DNA from: Deltaproteobacteria bacterium
Lineage (GTDB): Bacteria; Myxococcota_A; Polyangia; Fen-1088
Assembly (NCBI GenBank): GCA_033763315.1
Contig: JANRKS010000036.1
Coordinates: forward strand, 1-64,000
Length of the DNA: 64,000 nucleotides
Direction of reading: 5' to 3'
Below the pieces are notes generated by a model, which did no database searches, was not told where the DNA came from, and worked only from the letters and a program-made list of their open reading frames with translations. Positions 28,419 through 38,403 of the stretch are shown here, piece by piece. A program made the position numbers and the translations under genes. How positions within the stretch are numbered: position 1 is the first letter of the stretch; the number at the start of each line of letters is the position of its first letter.

Positions 28419-29759
28419 TCACGCAACCGCTGCCAAAAGGCGGCGGCGCGCCTCTTCCAACGTCGAACGTTCGCGCAAACCCTGGCGCAAGAACTGGTAA
28501 ATGCGATCGATCTTCGCGAGAGCCTCATCCACGCGTGGATCGGCGCCGCGCTTGTAAGCGCCCACAGCGACGAGATCGCGCTTGTCTTCATAAACCGCCA
28601 GCAGCTCGCGTAAGCGCACGGCGGCTTTTTGATGCTCTTCATCGGTGACCGCCGACATCACGCGCGACAGGGATGGCAGCACATCAATGGCGGGAAAGTG
28701 CCCCCGCTCGGCCAGCGCCCGCGACAACACGATGTGACCGTCCAAGATGCCACGGGCTTCGTCAGATATGGGTTCATCTAGATCGCCGCCGGCCACAAGC
28801 ACTGAATAGATCGCGGTGATCGAGCCCAGATTTGACTGCCCTGCCCGTTCGAGCAAGCGGGGCAGCAGCGCAAACACGCTGGGAGGGTAACCTTGGCGCG
28901 AAGGCGGCTCGCCGGCGGCCAGCCCCACTTCACGCTGCGCGCGCGCAAACCGCGTGAGCGAATCCATGATCAACAACACGCGCTTGCCTTGATCGCGAAA
29001 CCATTCGGCGATCGCCGTTGCCACAAAAGCTGACTTAAGGCGCACCAACGAGGGCGCGTCCGAAGTGGCACACACCACCACGGCTTTGGCGAGGCCTTGC
29101 GGCCCCAACGTATCGTCCAAAAACTCGCGCACCTCGCGGCCGCGCTCGCCCACCATGGCGATCACGGTGACGTCCGCGTCGGTGTTGCGCGCGATCTGCC
29201 CCAGCAGGGTTGATTTGCCCACGCCCGAGCCCGCAAACAAGCCCAAGCGCTGCCCTTCGCCCACGGTCAAGCCACCGTCGATCGCTCGCACGCCAAACGA
29301 CAACGGCGCGTTGATCCGCCGGCGGGTCATGGGATCAGGCGCCGGGCGATCCACGGCCCACGCCACCGTATCGCCCGCAATAGCGCCACCGCCATCGCAT
29401 GGTTGGCCCAGGCCATCAAGCACGCGTCCCAGCAGCCCCGCGCCGACCTGCACCGTCAACGGTCGCCCCGTGGGGCTCACCATCGCGTCGGGCCCGATGC
29501 CAGCGATCGGCCCCAGCGGCATCAGAACCACTTCTTCGCCCCGAAAACCAACCGCTTCAGCCCGCAGCCGCTGACGGCCTTCATCAATGAACACCAGCTC
29601 ACCCACGCGCACGCCTGGGATCGTGGCGCGCACCACAAGGCCCGTCACTTCCGTCACGCGGCCCGCAAGACGCAGCGGGTTCACTTCGTCCAACGTGGCC
29701 AAGGCCGAAGCCAGATCCACCACGTCGGGCATCGGCGGCAGCTCGTTCTCGTCGCTCAT
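28419..29759 (-). CDS. sctN: Type III secretion/flagellar ATPase (SctN/FliI)
   Basis: [50 protein letters not shown]. Confidence 0.93.
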   Translation of the reverse strand: MSDENELPPMPDVVDLASALATLDEVNPLRLAGRVTEVTGLVVRATIPGVRVGELVFIDEGRQRLRAEAVGFRGEEVVLMPLGPIAGIGPDAMVSPTGRPLTVQVGAGLLGRVLDGLGQPCDGGGAIAGDTVAWAVDRPAPDPMTRRRINAPLSFGVRAIDGGLTVGEGQRLGLFAGSGVGKSTLLGQIARNTDADVTVIAMVGERGREVREFLDDTLGPQGLAKAVVVCATSDAPSLVRLKSAFVATAIAEWFRDQGKRVLLIMDSLTRFARAQREVGLAAGEPPSRQGYPPSVFALLPRLLERAGQSNLGSITAIYSVLVAGGDLDEPISDEARGILDGHIVLSRALAERGHFPAIDVLPSLSRVMSAVTDEEHQKAAVRLRELLAVYEDKRDLVAVGAYKRGADPRVDEALAKIDRIYQFLRQGLRERSTLEEARRRLLAAVA

Positions 29760-30364
29760 ATACGTCGTCCTGTGAGCGCGCGTTCAAGCGCGTCGAGTTG
29801 TGTGGAAAGGCGCGCGTCCAATCGTCCCACCGGGCTATCCACGACACAGCCATTGCGCTCGATGCCCGGGTCCGCGGTTAACTTAACTTCAACGCCGTTG
29901 GCCACACGTGTGGCCAAGCGCCCACGATCACGTGCCACAGCTTCCAGATCTTGAGGGTGCAACCGCACCACAACGGTGCCCGCGCGCGCCCGTACCTCAG
30001 ACAACGCCTTGGCCACCATGTCCACCACAAAAGAAGGTGCCAAGGTCACCGCTTGCCCAACGATGCGCTCTGCCATGCGCCTGGCCAACGCCACCGCGCT
30101 GTCTTGGGCCTGCGCGCGCACCGCTTCGGCGTCCGCACGCGCCCGCACCATCACCTCAGTGGTGGACGCAAGGCCCTCTTGGCGCCCCACCGCAAAGCCA
30201 GCCTCGTAGCCCGAGCGACGCGCCTCCGCGCGATCGGCCTCGATCTCGGCACGCATCCGCACCACGTCTTCATGCGCGGTCTGACGAATCGAAGCCGCAT
30301 CGGCATGCGCCTCCACCTCGGCCACCGCCATCACCCGCCCGTGTGATCGAATGATTCGTCCCAT
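29756..30364 (-). CDS. sctL: SctL/FliH stator protein
   Basis: [13 protein letters not shown] repeats, [25 protein letters not shown]; coupled to sctN. Confidence 0.85.
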   Translation of the reverse strand: MGRIIRSHGRVMAVAEVEAHADAASIRQTAHEDVVRMRAEIEADRAEARRSGYEAGFAVGRQEGLASTTEVMVRARADAEAVRAQAQDSAVALARRMAERIVGQAVTLAPSFVVDMVAKALSEVRARAGTVVVRLHPQDLEAVARDRGRLATRVANGVEVKLTADPGIERNGCVVDSPVGRLDARLSTQLDALERALTGRRI

Positions 30365-30404
30365 CGCTAAGCCGCCTTCACAATGACGAAAAACCCAACG
30401 CATG

Positions 30405-31289
30405 TCACGCGGGCCCGCCTTCCAGCAGAAACCGCCCCACCACGGCCGGCAGACGCAAGGCGATCGTGCGCACGGCCGCCGGCCCCGCGGCGCTTAATTC
30501 AGGACGTGCGGCCGACAAGCCCACAAAAGCCAAACGCACCTCGGCCCCCGGGCGACCGGCGTCTTCTAGGGGCACGTCGTCGCGGCCGGCCATCGCTCCG
30601 GCCCGCGCCACCGCCAACCGCGCTCGATCCCGCGCGGGCGGTTCCACGCTTTCGGCGGCAAAGCGCGCAATCACCTGTGCCCACGGGGCGCCCACGGTTG
30701 CCATCGCGCGCGCGCGCATCACAGGTTCCGCCCGGTGCAGCGATCGGCCCACCTCAGCGGCCCCTCGCTCACACAAAGCCCGCCACAAGACGGAGCCCGG
30801 CAGCCGATGCCACAGCACCGCGCGCGTGCCCACCCCGGTGTCGTCGAAGGGGCGATCGGGGGGAAACGCGTGCTGCGCGGGTTCGGGATCCGACAGGCGG
30901 CCGAACAACAACCACAAAAGATCGTTAACCACGGCCGCAGGCATCATTGCGGGCCGCGCTGTGCGCCAGGGGCCCTCGCCGCAGTTAACGCCGCTGGCCT
31001 CCAAGCGGGTGACCAAAGCCGCGGCCACCTCAGGGCGCTCGCGGCCCAGCACGTAGCGAAGCCACGATGGGTGCAAGCTGCCGAGCCCTCCGGGCACCGA
31101 ACTGGAAAACGCTGAAACGCCGCTGTTTTCTGCGAAAGCCCGCCCCGGGGCTGCACCCGCGGAGGCGACCTGACGCAACCCGCCATCGCGCCACGTTGCC
31201 GGGATCGCGCCCCCCAAACGCGCGAAAACCACGCGGGCACCGTTGACCACGAGGCCCACGTGCGGCGCGTTTCCATCGGGCGACGTCAT
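30405..31289 (-). CDS. Hypothetical protein in the sctK position
   Basis: [10 protein letters not shown] motif; directly upstream of sctL; Ala/Arg-rich. Start uncertain. Confidence 0.5.
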   Translation of the reverse strand: MTSPDGNAPHVGLVVNGARVVFARLGGAIPATWRDGGLRQVASAGAAPGRAFAENSGVSAFSSSVPGGLGSLHPSWLRYVLGRERPEVAAALVTRLEASGVNCGEGPWRTARPAMMPAAVVNDLLWLLFGRLSDPEPAQHAFPPDRPFDDTGVGTRAVLWHRLPGSVLWRALCERGAAEVGRSLHRAEPVMRARAMATVGAPWAQVIARFAAESVEPPARDRARLAVARAGAMAGRDDVPLEDAGRPGAEVRLAFVGLSAARPELSAAGPAAVRTIALRLPAVVGRFLLEGGPA

Positions 31290-31407
31290 GCCCGCAAAGT
31301 ATCGCGACGCGTGCCAAAGCGAAAGCCGCCGACACACACTTCTTGCACGCGCAGATCACGCCTTTATGGGCGCAATCCAATTCGATGTGGTATCACAGCG
31401 CGCCCCA

Positions 31408-33279
31408 ATGTCCGAAAACAGCACACTAGCTCCTTCAGCCACCGTCGACGCCGTCCGCTCGGACGTGCGCAACATCGCCATCATTGCGCACGTTGACCAC
31501 GGCAAAACAACTTTGGTCGATGGCTTCCTCCACCAAGCCGGCAGCTTCCGCTCTGGCGAAGTGGTGGCCGACTGTGCGCTTGACTCGAACGATCTTGAAC
31601 GCGAACGCGGCATCACGATCCTTGCGAAGTTCACTGCCATCACTTGGAAGGGAACGCGCATCAACATCGTCGATACGCCGGGCCACGCCGACTTCGGTGG
31701 CGAAGTGGAACGCGTCTTGAAGATGGTCGATTGCGTTTTGCTGTTGGTCGATGCGTTTGATGGCCCCATGCCGCAAACCCGCTTCGTCACACGCAAGGCC
31801 TTGTCACTTGGCCTCAAGCCCATCTTGGTGGTGAACAAGATCGATCGTGACGGCGCGCGCCCGGACGCAGCCGTGGATGCCACGTTCGATTTGTTCGTGA
31901 ACCTCAAGGCCACGGACGCGCAGCTCGACTTTCCCGTTGTGTACGCGTCTGGCCGCCAAGGTTATGCCGTTCACAAACTGACCGACGAGCGCAAGGATCT
32001 AGGCCCCTTGCTTGATCTCATTGTTGAACAAGTGCCGCCCCCACGCGCTGATGTGGACGCACCGTTTTGCATGCAGGTCACCACCCTCGATTACGACGAC
32101 TTCTTGGGGTACGTCGGCATCGGCCGCATCCTTTCGGGCCGCGTGAAGACCGGCGATCGCATGATCTGTGCGCACCGCAATGGCAGCAAGGAAGACTTCC
32201 GCGTGGCCAAGGTCCTTGGCTACCAAGCGCTCAAGCGCTTCGAGTTAGCGGAAGGCGCCGCCGGCGAAATCTGTGCGATCACGGGCATGGCCGATCTAAC
32301 GGTGGGTGACACCATCACGGATCCAAACAACCCGCGCATCTTGCCGCTGCTCGAGATCGAGGAGCCCACCGTGAAGATGCAATTCATGGTGAACAACGGC
32401 CCCTTGGCTGGCACCGAAGGCAAGTTCGTCACCTCCCGCAACCTGCGCGAGCGATTGTTCAAAGAGCTGAAGTCGAACGTCGGCTTGCGCGTCGAGCCCA
32501 CCGAGTTCCCTGACATCTTCGACGTCATGGGACGCGGTGAATTGCACTTGTCGGTTTTGATCGAGACCATGCGCCGCGAAGGCTTCGAATTCATGGTGTC
32601 GCAGCCTCAGGTCATCATCAAAGAGGTTGATGGCAAGAAGATGGAACCCTACGAGGACGTGCTGATCGACCTCGAGGAATCCTATGCCGGCGCCGTCATC
32701 GAAGAGATGGGCCGTCGCGGTGGCCGCATGAAGGAAATGAACCCCACAGGCGATGGCCGCACGCGCATGGAATACACCATTCCCGCACGTGGCCTTATCG
32801 GCTTCCGGTCACAGTTCCTCACGCTCACACGCGGAACCGGCATCTTGAATGCCAGCTTCAGCCACTACGGTGATTTCGCCGGTGTGTTGAAGTCGCGCCC
32901 CAACGGCGTGTTGATCGCGCAGGATCCAGGCGAAACAAACGCATACGCGTTGTTCAGCTTGCAAGAGCGCGGTCAGCTGTTCTACGGCCAAGGCACCAAG
33001 GTTTACGGTGGCATGATCGTGGGCTTGCACAGCCGCAACAACGACTTGGTGGTGAACCCCTCCAAGGCGAAGCAGCTCAACAACATCCGCACCACGGCAG
33101 CCGACGAGAAGCTGATCTTGGCGCCACCTCGCCGCTTCTCTTTGGAAGAAGCGCTTGAGTTCATCAACGAAGATGAACTCGTGGAGATGACGCCAAAATC
33201 GATCCGCATTCGTAAGCGCGTTCTCGATCACAACGAGCGCAAGCGCGTTGAGAAGTCACGCGGCGTCGAATCTTCGTAG
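31408..33279 (+). CDS. typA: Translational GTPase TypA/BipA
   Basis: [56 protein letters not shown]. Confidence 0.97.
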   Translation: MSENSTLAPSATVDAVRSDVRNIAIIAHVDHGKTTLVDGFLHQAGSFRSGEVVADCALDSNDLERERGITILAKFTAITWKGTRINIVDTPGHADFGGEVERVLKMVDCVLLLVDAFDGPMPQTRFVTRKALSLGLKPILVVNKIDRDGARPDAAVDATFDLFVNLKATDAQLDFPVVYASGRQGYAVHKLTDERKDLGPLLDLIVEQVPPPRADVDAPFCMQVTTLDYDDFLGYVGIGRILSGRVKTGDRMICAHRNGSKEDFRVAKVLGYQALKRFELAEGAAGEICAITGMADLTVGDTITDPNNPRILPLLEIEEPTVKMQFMVNNGPLAGTEGKFVTSRNLRERLFKELKSNVGLRVEPTEFPDIFDVMGRGELHLSVLIETMRREGFEFMVSQPQVIIKEVDGKKMEPYEDVLIDLEESYAGAVIEEMGRRGGRMKEMNPTGDGRTRMEYTIPARGLIGFRSQFLTLTRGTGILNASFSHYGDFAGVLKSRPNGVLIAQDPGETNAYALFSLQERGQLFYGQGTKVYGGMIVGLHSRNNDLVVNPSKAKQLNNIRTTAADEKLILAPPRRFSLEEALEFINEDELVEMTPKSIRIRKRVLDHNERKRVEKSRGVESS

Positions 33280-33305
33280 GCCCTGTTCGCTTTTTCAGGT
33301 TTGCT

Positions 33306-34325
33306 GTGACCGCGCCCGTGCCCGCCGCGCCCGAGGCCTCGCAAGGAACTTTGTTCCGACGAGTGCTGCTGGGTGTCGTTGCGGGCATGGCCGTTTATGT
33401 GGGTTTCGCGCTGTGGGCCGACGCGCGCAAAGTGGGGGCCGCCTTGGGCCGCTACGCGTGGTGGACGGCCGCGGTGGGGCTCGTGCTGGCGGCGCTCAAC
33501 TACGCGCTTCGTTTCGTGCGTTGGGAGCTTTACTTGCGTCGCCTGCGCTTGCACGTGCCGCGCACTGAAAGCCTGCTGGTGTTCTTGTCTGGTTTTGCGC
33601 TCACAGTGACGCCCGGGAAGCTGGGTGAAGCCATGAAATCACTGCTGCTGCGGCAAAGCCATGGCATGCCGGTGGCGCGCACGGCGCCGATTGTGCTTGT
33701 CGAACGCCTCACCGATTTGGCGGGCTTGCTGTTGCTGGCGGCGGTTGGCGCGTTTTCGTTTCCTGTAGATCGGCGCTTCTTGGTGGCCGGTGCGGCGGTC
33801 GTCATGGTGGGTTTGTTGTTCGCTTCGGTGGAATCATTGGCCAACCCGGCGATTGCGCTTTCGGGCAAAATCCCCGGCCTGCGGCGCATGGCTGGTTCAC
33901 TGCACGAAGCGCACGCCAGCGCGGCCACCCTCCTTAAGCCTGGGCCCCTGGTGGCCGCCACTTTGTTAGCCGCCGTGGCTTGGGCCTGCGAATGCGCGGC
34001 GTTTTGGCTCATCGTCAAAGGGTTCGCCGGTGCACAGCTGGGCCTGCAGGCAGGTACGTTCATTTACGCCGCCATGACAATCGCCGGCGCGCTCTCTTTC
34101 TTGCCCGGCGGCCTGGGCGTCACCGAAGCGGGCATGTTGGCGTTGCTTGTGCGGTTTGGCACCGGCATCGATGATGGCGCTGCCACCGCGGCCACGATCC
34201 TCACACGTATGGTCACGCTGTGGTTTGCGGTCATCGTGGGATTAGGAGCGTTGGTGCTTTACGCTCGCCACCGTCGCGTCCATCATGGCGCGCGGCTTTC
34301 GCAACGTGACACGTCCGTCGCTTGA
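33306..34325 (+). CDS. Lysylphosphatidylglycerol-synthase-TM/flippase-like (UPF0104) membrane protein
   Basis: Many TM helices, RFVRW, TPGKLGEAMK, ERLTD, LPGGLGVTE. Confidence 0.85.
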   Translation: MTAPVPAAPEASQGTLFRRVLLGVVAGMAVYVGFALWADARKVGAALGRYAWWTAAVGLVLAALNYALRFVRWELYLRRLRLHVPRTESLLVFLSGFALTVTPGKLGEAMKSLLLRQSHGMPVARTAPIVLVERLTDLAGLLLLAAVGAFSFPVDRRFLVAGAAVVMVGLLFASVESLANPAIALSGKIPGLRRMAGSLHEAHASAATLLKPGPLVAATLLAAVAWACECAAFWLIVKGFAGAQLGLQAGTFIYAAMTIAGALSFLPGGLGVTEAGMLALLVRFGTGIDDGAATAATILTRMVTLWFAVIVGLGALVLYARHRRVHHGARLSQRDTSVA

Positions 34326-34401
34326 TTTGCCGGAGCGCTTGATGCAGCCTGCGGTTGCTCTCGATCCCCACGGCAGGGCTTAAACGCCGCCTCTTTGCAA
34401 C

Positions 34402-36228
34402 GTGCGCACGAAACTCTTTATCGTCTTCGCCAGCATCATCCTGCTCAGTGCGGCGATGGCGAATCGTTTTTTGAACAATACGGTACGTCGAACGGCACAA
34501 GCAAACGTCGACCGTGCGCTCCGCGCGTCGGCCCGCACGTTCGCGCATTTGGCTGCCTCCGTGCCTGAGGAGGCCTGGGCCCAAGAGCTGACGCCACAGC
34601 TGCGATCAAATGAGGCCGAAGACATCGTCATGACCTTGTTTGATCGCACGGGCAAGCGGGTGACCGGCGTCGATCTGTGGGAACCCAAGCCTGATGAAGT
34701 GCCGGCGCGTGAGCTGCGTATGGCTCTGACCGGCAAGGAAAGCTTTAGCCGATCGTTTCTCTTGCCCTCCACCGACCCCTACTTGGTGGCGTTTGTGCCC
34801 GTGCGCCGGCGCGGTGACACGGTGGGCGCCGTGCGTGCCAGCATTAACCATGGACCCACCGAACGAACGCTGGTCGAGGCGCGCACATCGTTGGCGTGGG
34901 GCGTGCTGTTTCTCTTGATTGTTGCCGCCGTGTGCTCGTGGATTGGGCCCCGGCTGTTCTCGGGGGCGATATCTGATCTCATGAGTACGGCCACCCGGAT
35001 GGCCAAAGGCGATTTGCAAATTCGCAGCGTGTTCAACCCGCGCGATCCGTTGGCCCCTTTGGCGCAAGCGTTGGACCTGCTGGCCAGCAACCTTGCCAAA
35101 TCGCTGGACGCGCTCAAAGCGGAACGCGATCTGGTGGGCCGCATCCTCGAGCGAATGGAGGAAGGGGTGTTGGTGCTGACGCCCGACCGTCAGATCACGC
35201 TCATCAACCCAGCATTGAGGGACGTTTTGCTGCCCAAGCCCTCCTTGGGCAATAGCGGCAACGCCAGGAACACGCGCGAGGATGTGTTCGACGTGCGAGG
35301 CCGGACGCTGATGGAAGTGTTCCGCCACGCCGAACTGGCCACGCTTTTGGATCGATCCAAGAACGACGAGCGTGTGCGCGCCGAGATCGAAGTGGAGGGT
35401 CTGCGCCCGCGACGCCTCATGGTCACCAGCACCCGCTTCCGTGAGGGCGGGTATTTGGTTGTGTTTGTCGATGTCACCGACATCCGCAAACTGGAAAGCC
35501 TGCGACGGGACTTCGTTGCAAACGTGTCGCATGAGCTGCGCACCCCTGTGGCCTCCATCCGCTCGGCAAGCGAGACACTGCCGATGGCGATCAGCAGCGG
35601 CGATCCGAGCGCCGCCCTGCGATTCGTAGATATCATCGAACGCAACGCCGAACGGCTGCAAAGCCTCGTGGAAGATCTGTTGGACCTATCGAAGATTGAA
35701 GCGAAAGAATACCGCCTGGCCATTGAGTCGCTCTCCGTGCCACGCATGATCTCGCATATTTTTGGCCTGTTTCGTGATCGAGCCGAGCGGCGCAAGATCA
35801 GCCTCGTGGCATCGGCGGAACACAACCTGCCCGCTTTGCAAACCGATCGCCGGGCGCTTGAAACCGTGCTGTCGAACCTGGTGGACAACGCGGTCAAATA
35901 CTGCCCAGATGGCGCCCGTATCTGCGTTAACGCCCGCGTCCAGAATGAGGCCATGATCATCGAAGTTGAGGATTCAGGGCACGGCATCGAAAGCCAGCAT
36001 TTGCCTCGGTTGTTCGAGCGGTTCTACCGCGTGGACGCGGGCCGATCCCGCTCGAAAGGCGGCACCGGCCTAGGCCTGTCGATCGTAAAGCACCTCACCG
36101 AGGCGATGGGCGGCACCGCCACGGTGGCGAGCACGGTAGGCAAAGGCACCACCTTCACCATTCGCATCCCCCTGGTGCGCACCGACGCCAAACCTTCCTC
36201 CACGTCGATCGAGGACTCGTTCGGTTAG
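34402..36228 (+). CDS. phoR: PhoR-like sensor histidine kinase (2 TM, HAMP, PAS)
   Basis: RRDFVANVSHELRTP, NLVDNAVKY, FERFYRVDAGRSRSKGGTGLGL; next to phoU. Confidence 0.85.
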   Translation: MRTKLFIVFASIILLSAAMANRFLNNTVRRTAQANVDRALRASARTFAHLAASVPEEAWAQELTPQLRSNEAEDIVMTLFDRTGKRVTGVDLWEPKPDEVPARELRMALTGKESFSRSFLLPSTDPYLVAFVPVRRRGDTVGAVRASINHGPTERTLVEARTSLAWGVLFLLIVAAVCSWIGPRLFSGAISDLMSTATRMAKGDLQIRSVFNPRDPLAPLAQALDLLASNLAKSLDALKAERDLVGRILERMEEGVLVLTPDRQITLINPALRDVLLPKPSLGNSGNARNTREDVFDVRGRTLMEVFRHAELATLLDRSKNDERVRAEIEVEGLRPRRLMVTSTRFREGGYLVVFVDVTDIRKLESLRRDFVANVSHELRTPVASIRSASETLPMAISSGDPSAALRFVDIIERNAERLQSLVEDLLDLSKIEAKEYRLAIESLSVPRMISHIFGLFRDRAERRKISLVASAEHNLPALQTDRRALETVLSNLVDNAVKYCPDGARICVNARVQNEAMIIEVEDSGHGIESQHLPRLFERFYRVDAGRSRSKGGTGLGLSIVKHLTEAMGGTATVASTVGKGTTFTIRIPLVRTDAKPSSTSIEDSFG

Positions 36229-36293
36229 CGGCGGGCGAGGCGCCGCGTGCAATTTCTTACAGCCAGCGGCGCGCCTGCGCTAAGATCGATGCT

Positions 36294-36986
36294 GTGAACC
36301 GAAGGCACACAAGCCGAGAATACGAGGACGAGCTTCAACAGCTGCGTGAGCACGTCCTGCTTATGGGTGCCAAGGTTGAGCAGCTAATCAAGAACGCCAT
36401 TGAAGCGCTGCTCACCCGCAACACGGAACTGGCCAAGAAGATGATCCTGGCCGACCGCGAGGTCAACCGGCTGGAGTTGGCGATCGACGAGTTGTGCCTG
36501 CACATTCTGGCGCGGCGGCAGCCCGTGGCCTCCGATCTGCGTCTCATCACCATCACGATGAAGTTGGTGACCGATCTTGAACGCATCGGCGACTTGGGCG
36601 TGAACATCAGCGAGCGCGTGATTGAGCTTAATGAAGAGCCACCGCTCAAACCTTACGTCGATTTGCCCAAGATGGCGGAAATTGCCATGGGTATGGTGCA
36701 CGACGCCCTTGACGCCTTCGTGGCCAGCGACGACAGCCAGGCCGAAGACATCATCGCGCGCGACGAAACCGTGGATGCCTATTACCACCAGATCTTCCGC
36801 GAGCTTTTGACCTACATGATGGAAGACGCGAAGAACATCGCGCGCGCCACGCGGTTGCAATCGATCGCCAAATACATTGAACGCATCGGGGATCACGCCA
36901 CCAACTTGGCCGAGATGGTGATCTTCGCGGTCAAGGGCAAAGATCCGCGACACAAGGGCAGCCGCCCCACGGAAACCGAAACGTAA
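36294..36986 (+). CDS. phoU: Phosphate signalling protein PhoU
   Basis: QPVASDLR, DLERIGD, ERIGDHATNLAE. Confidence 0.96.
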   Translation: MNRRHTSREYEDELQQLREHVLLMGAKVEQLIKNAIEALLTRNTELAKKMILADREVNRLELAIDELCLHILARRQPVASDLRLITITMKLVTDLERIGDLGVNISERVIELNEEPPLKPYVDLPKMAEIAMGMVHDALDAFVASDDSQAEDIIARDETVDAYYHQIFRELLTYMMEDAKNIARATRLQSIAKYIERIGDHATNLAEMVIFAVKGKDPRHKGSRPTETET

Positions 36987-36991
36987 GCGCC

Positions 36992-37447
36992 ATGCCTCTG
37001 CCGCGGCCTGCCCTAGACGCCATGGCTGCGAAGTATGAGGCCCTGATCGTGTTGCGGCGCACGCGCGATGGCGACGCCAACGCGAAGGTCTCCGCGGCCA
37101 CGAAGCTTGAGTTGCGCCGCCTGTCGCAAGTGTTTCCGGGTTGCCTAAAGGAACTCGATCGGTGCTCACTGGCCGTGTTGACGCAGCGGCTGGAGGATGT
37201 ACAGGCGGCGAAGCGCCATGCCCCAGCGCCCTGGCTAAAGTGGATGTGGCGGTACCATGAACTTTTGCGTGTCGCCCTGGACGCGAAGGGCGGGCGACCT
37301 CACGCAGCGCCGGGCCTCAGGGCCTTTTTGGCGGCATGCGAGGCGCCACCCCAGGGCCGCTTGGTGCCACTCGTTCTTGAGCAACTGGGGCACGAGACGC
37401 ACACCCCCGTCGCGGTTTTGCAAGACGCGCTATTTCCGCCGCGCTAA
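36992..37447 (+). CDS. Hypothetical protein
   Basis: 151-aa ORF starting 5 nt after phoU, same strand. Confidence 0.6.
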   Translation: MPLPRPALDAMAAKYEALIVLRRTRDGDANAKVSAATKLELRRLSQVFPGCLKELDRCSLAVLTQRLEDVQAAKRHAPAPWLKWMWRYHELLRVALDAKGGRPHAAPGLRAFLAACEAPPQGRLVPLVLEQLGHETHTPVAVLQDALFPPR

Positions 37448-38253
37448 TTGCCAAACGCGATGTCATCCACATAAAGAGTGAACGAACACGCGGCGCTGCC
37501 ACAGCCCGCAAGGCCAATCAAAATCTCGGTGACGTTGCTGCTGTTGGGGGTTCCCATGATGTCGGCCACAGGAATCACCACTTGCTGCCAGCCGCCTTTG
37601 AGGCCCGTCTTGTTGTAGGTGATCGAATTGACGCCTCGGCCACCGCCGGGGGCCGCATAGTTACCCCCCACTTTGATCGTGACCAAAGCATTCCCCGGCG
37701 CCGTTTTTCCGGGTTGCGGGACCATGTTCACCCAGAAGCCAAGCTTCTTGTATTTGTTGGCCGGCGTGGCCGCGATCCCCCAGCCGAACTCAGCGTAATT
37801 AATGTTTGCCATTGTGAACGCGATGACGTGCTTCGGTGAGAATGCCATTGCGTCGGAATAGGTCAGGGTGGTTTTGCCTTCTTGTCCGCGGCCCATCCAA
37901 TGCGTGCCGCCGCCGTTGCCAACGCCGTCGCCGTTCCAAACGATCTTTTCATCCGCCAACGAAGACATGCCGACAGCGGCCTTGGCATCTGACGGCTGTG
38001 CGTCGACGCCCGGCTTCGCGGCGTCGGGCGGCCTTGCCCCGTCGGCCCCAGGTTGCACGCCCGCATCAGCAGAAGCGCCACCACCTGCGCCCCCCACTTC
38101 CTCGCCGCCTGTGCCCCCCGATGACTCGCCGCCTGTGCCGCCAGAGGCCTCATCAGAGCTGGCCTGCTCGCCTTGGCCGGCGGCACCACCGCAAGCCACA
38201 AGTGCCAAAGAAAAACAAAACACAACAAGCGAACAGATGCGTCCCTGAACCAC
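37444..38253 (-). CDS. Lipoprotein with a Gly-rich linker and a C-terminal carbohydrate-binding-like beta-sandwich
   Basis: Lipobox LVAC, GGTGG linker, LGFWVN, GWQQVVIPVAD, LYVDDIAF (CBM11-like pattern). Confidence 0.7.
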   Translation of the reverse strand: MVQGRICSLVVFCFSLALVACGGAAGQGEQASSDEASGGTGGESSGGTGGEEVGGAGGGASADAGVQPGADGARPPDAAKPGVDAQPSDAKAAVGMSSLADEKIVWNGDGVGNGGGTHWMGRGQEGKTTLTYSDAMAFSPKHVIAFTMANINYAEFGWGIAATPANKYKKLGFWVNMVPQPGKTAPGNALVTIKVGGNYAAPGGGRGVNSITYNKTGLKGGWQQVVIPVADIMGTPNSSNVTEILIGLAGCGSAACSFTLYVDDIAFGN

Positions 38254-38403
38254 GTGGGTGCTCCTGCTGAGGTTTCGGCGCCGCCCCCCTTCGTCCCCCT
38301 CCCGCCAGTCTCCAAGGATAGCCCAGATGCAACAAAGGCAACAGGTGAAGTGCCCGTTGCCTTTGTTGCAGCGCCAAAGCGCCGCATTCCTGACGCCGCT
38401 GTT

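Noticed and set aside
30383-31380. Alternative overlapping ORFs on both strands
   Set aside because: Very high GC leaves several frames open. The minus frame co-oriented with sctL/sctN is the most plausible.
34606-35987. 351-aa and 265-aa minus-strand ORFs
   Set aside because: Shadows of phoR.
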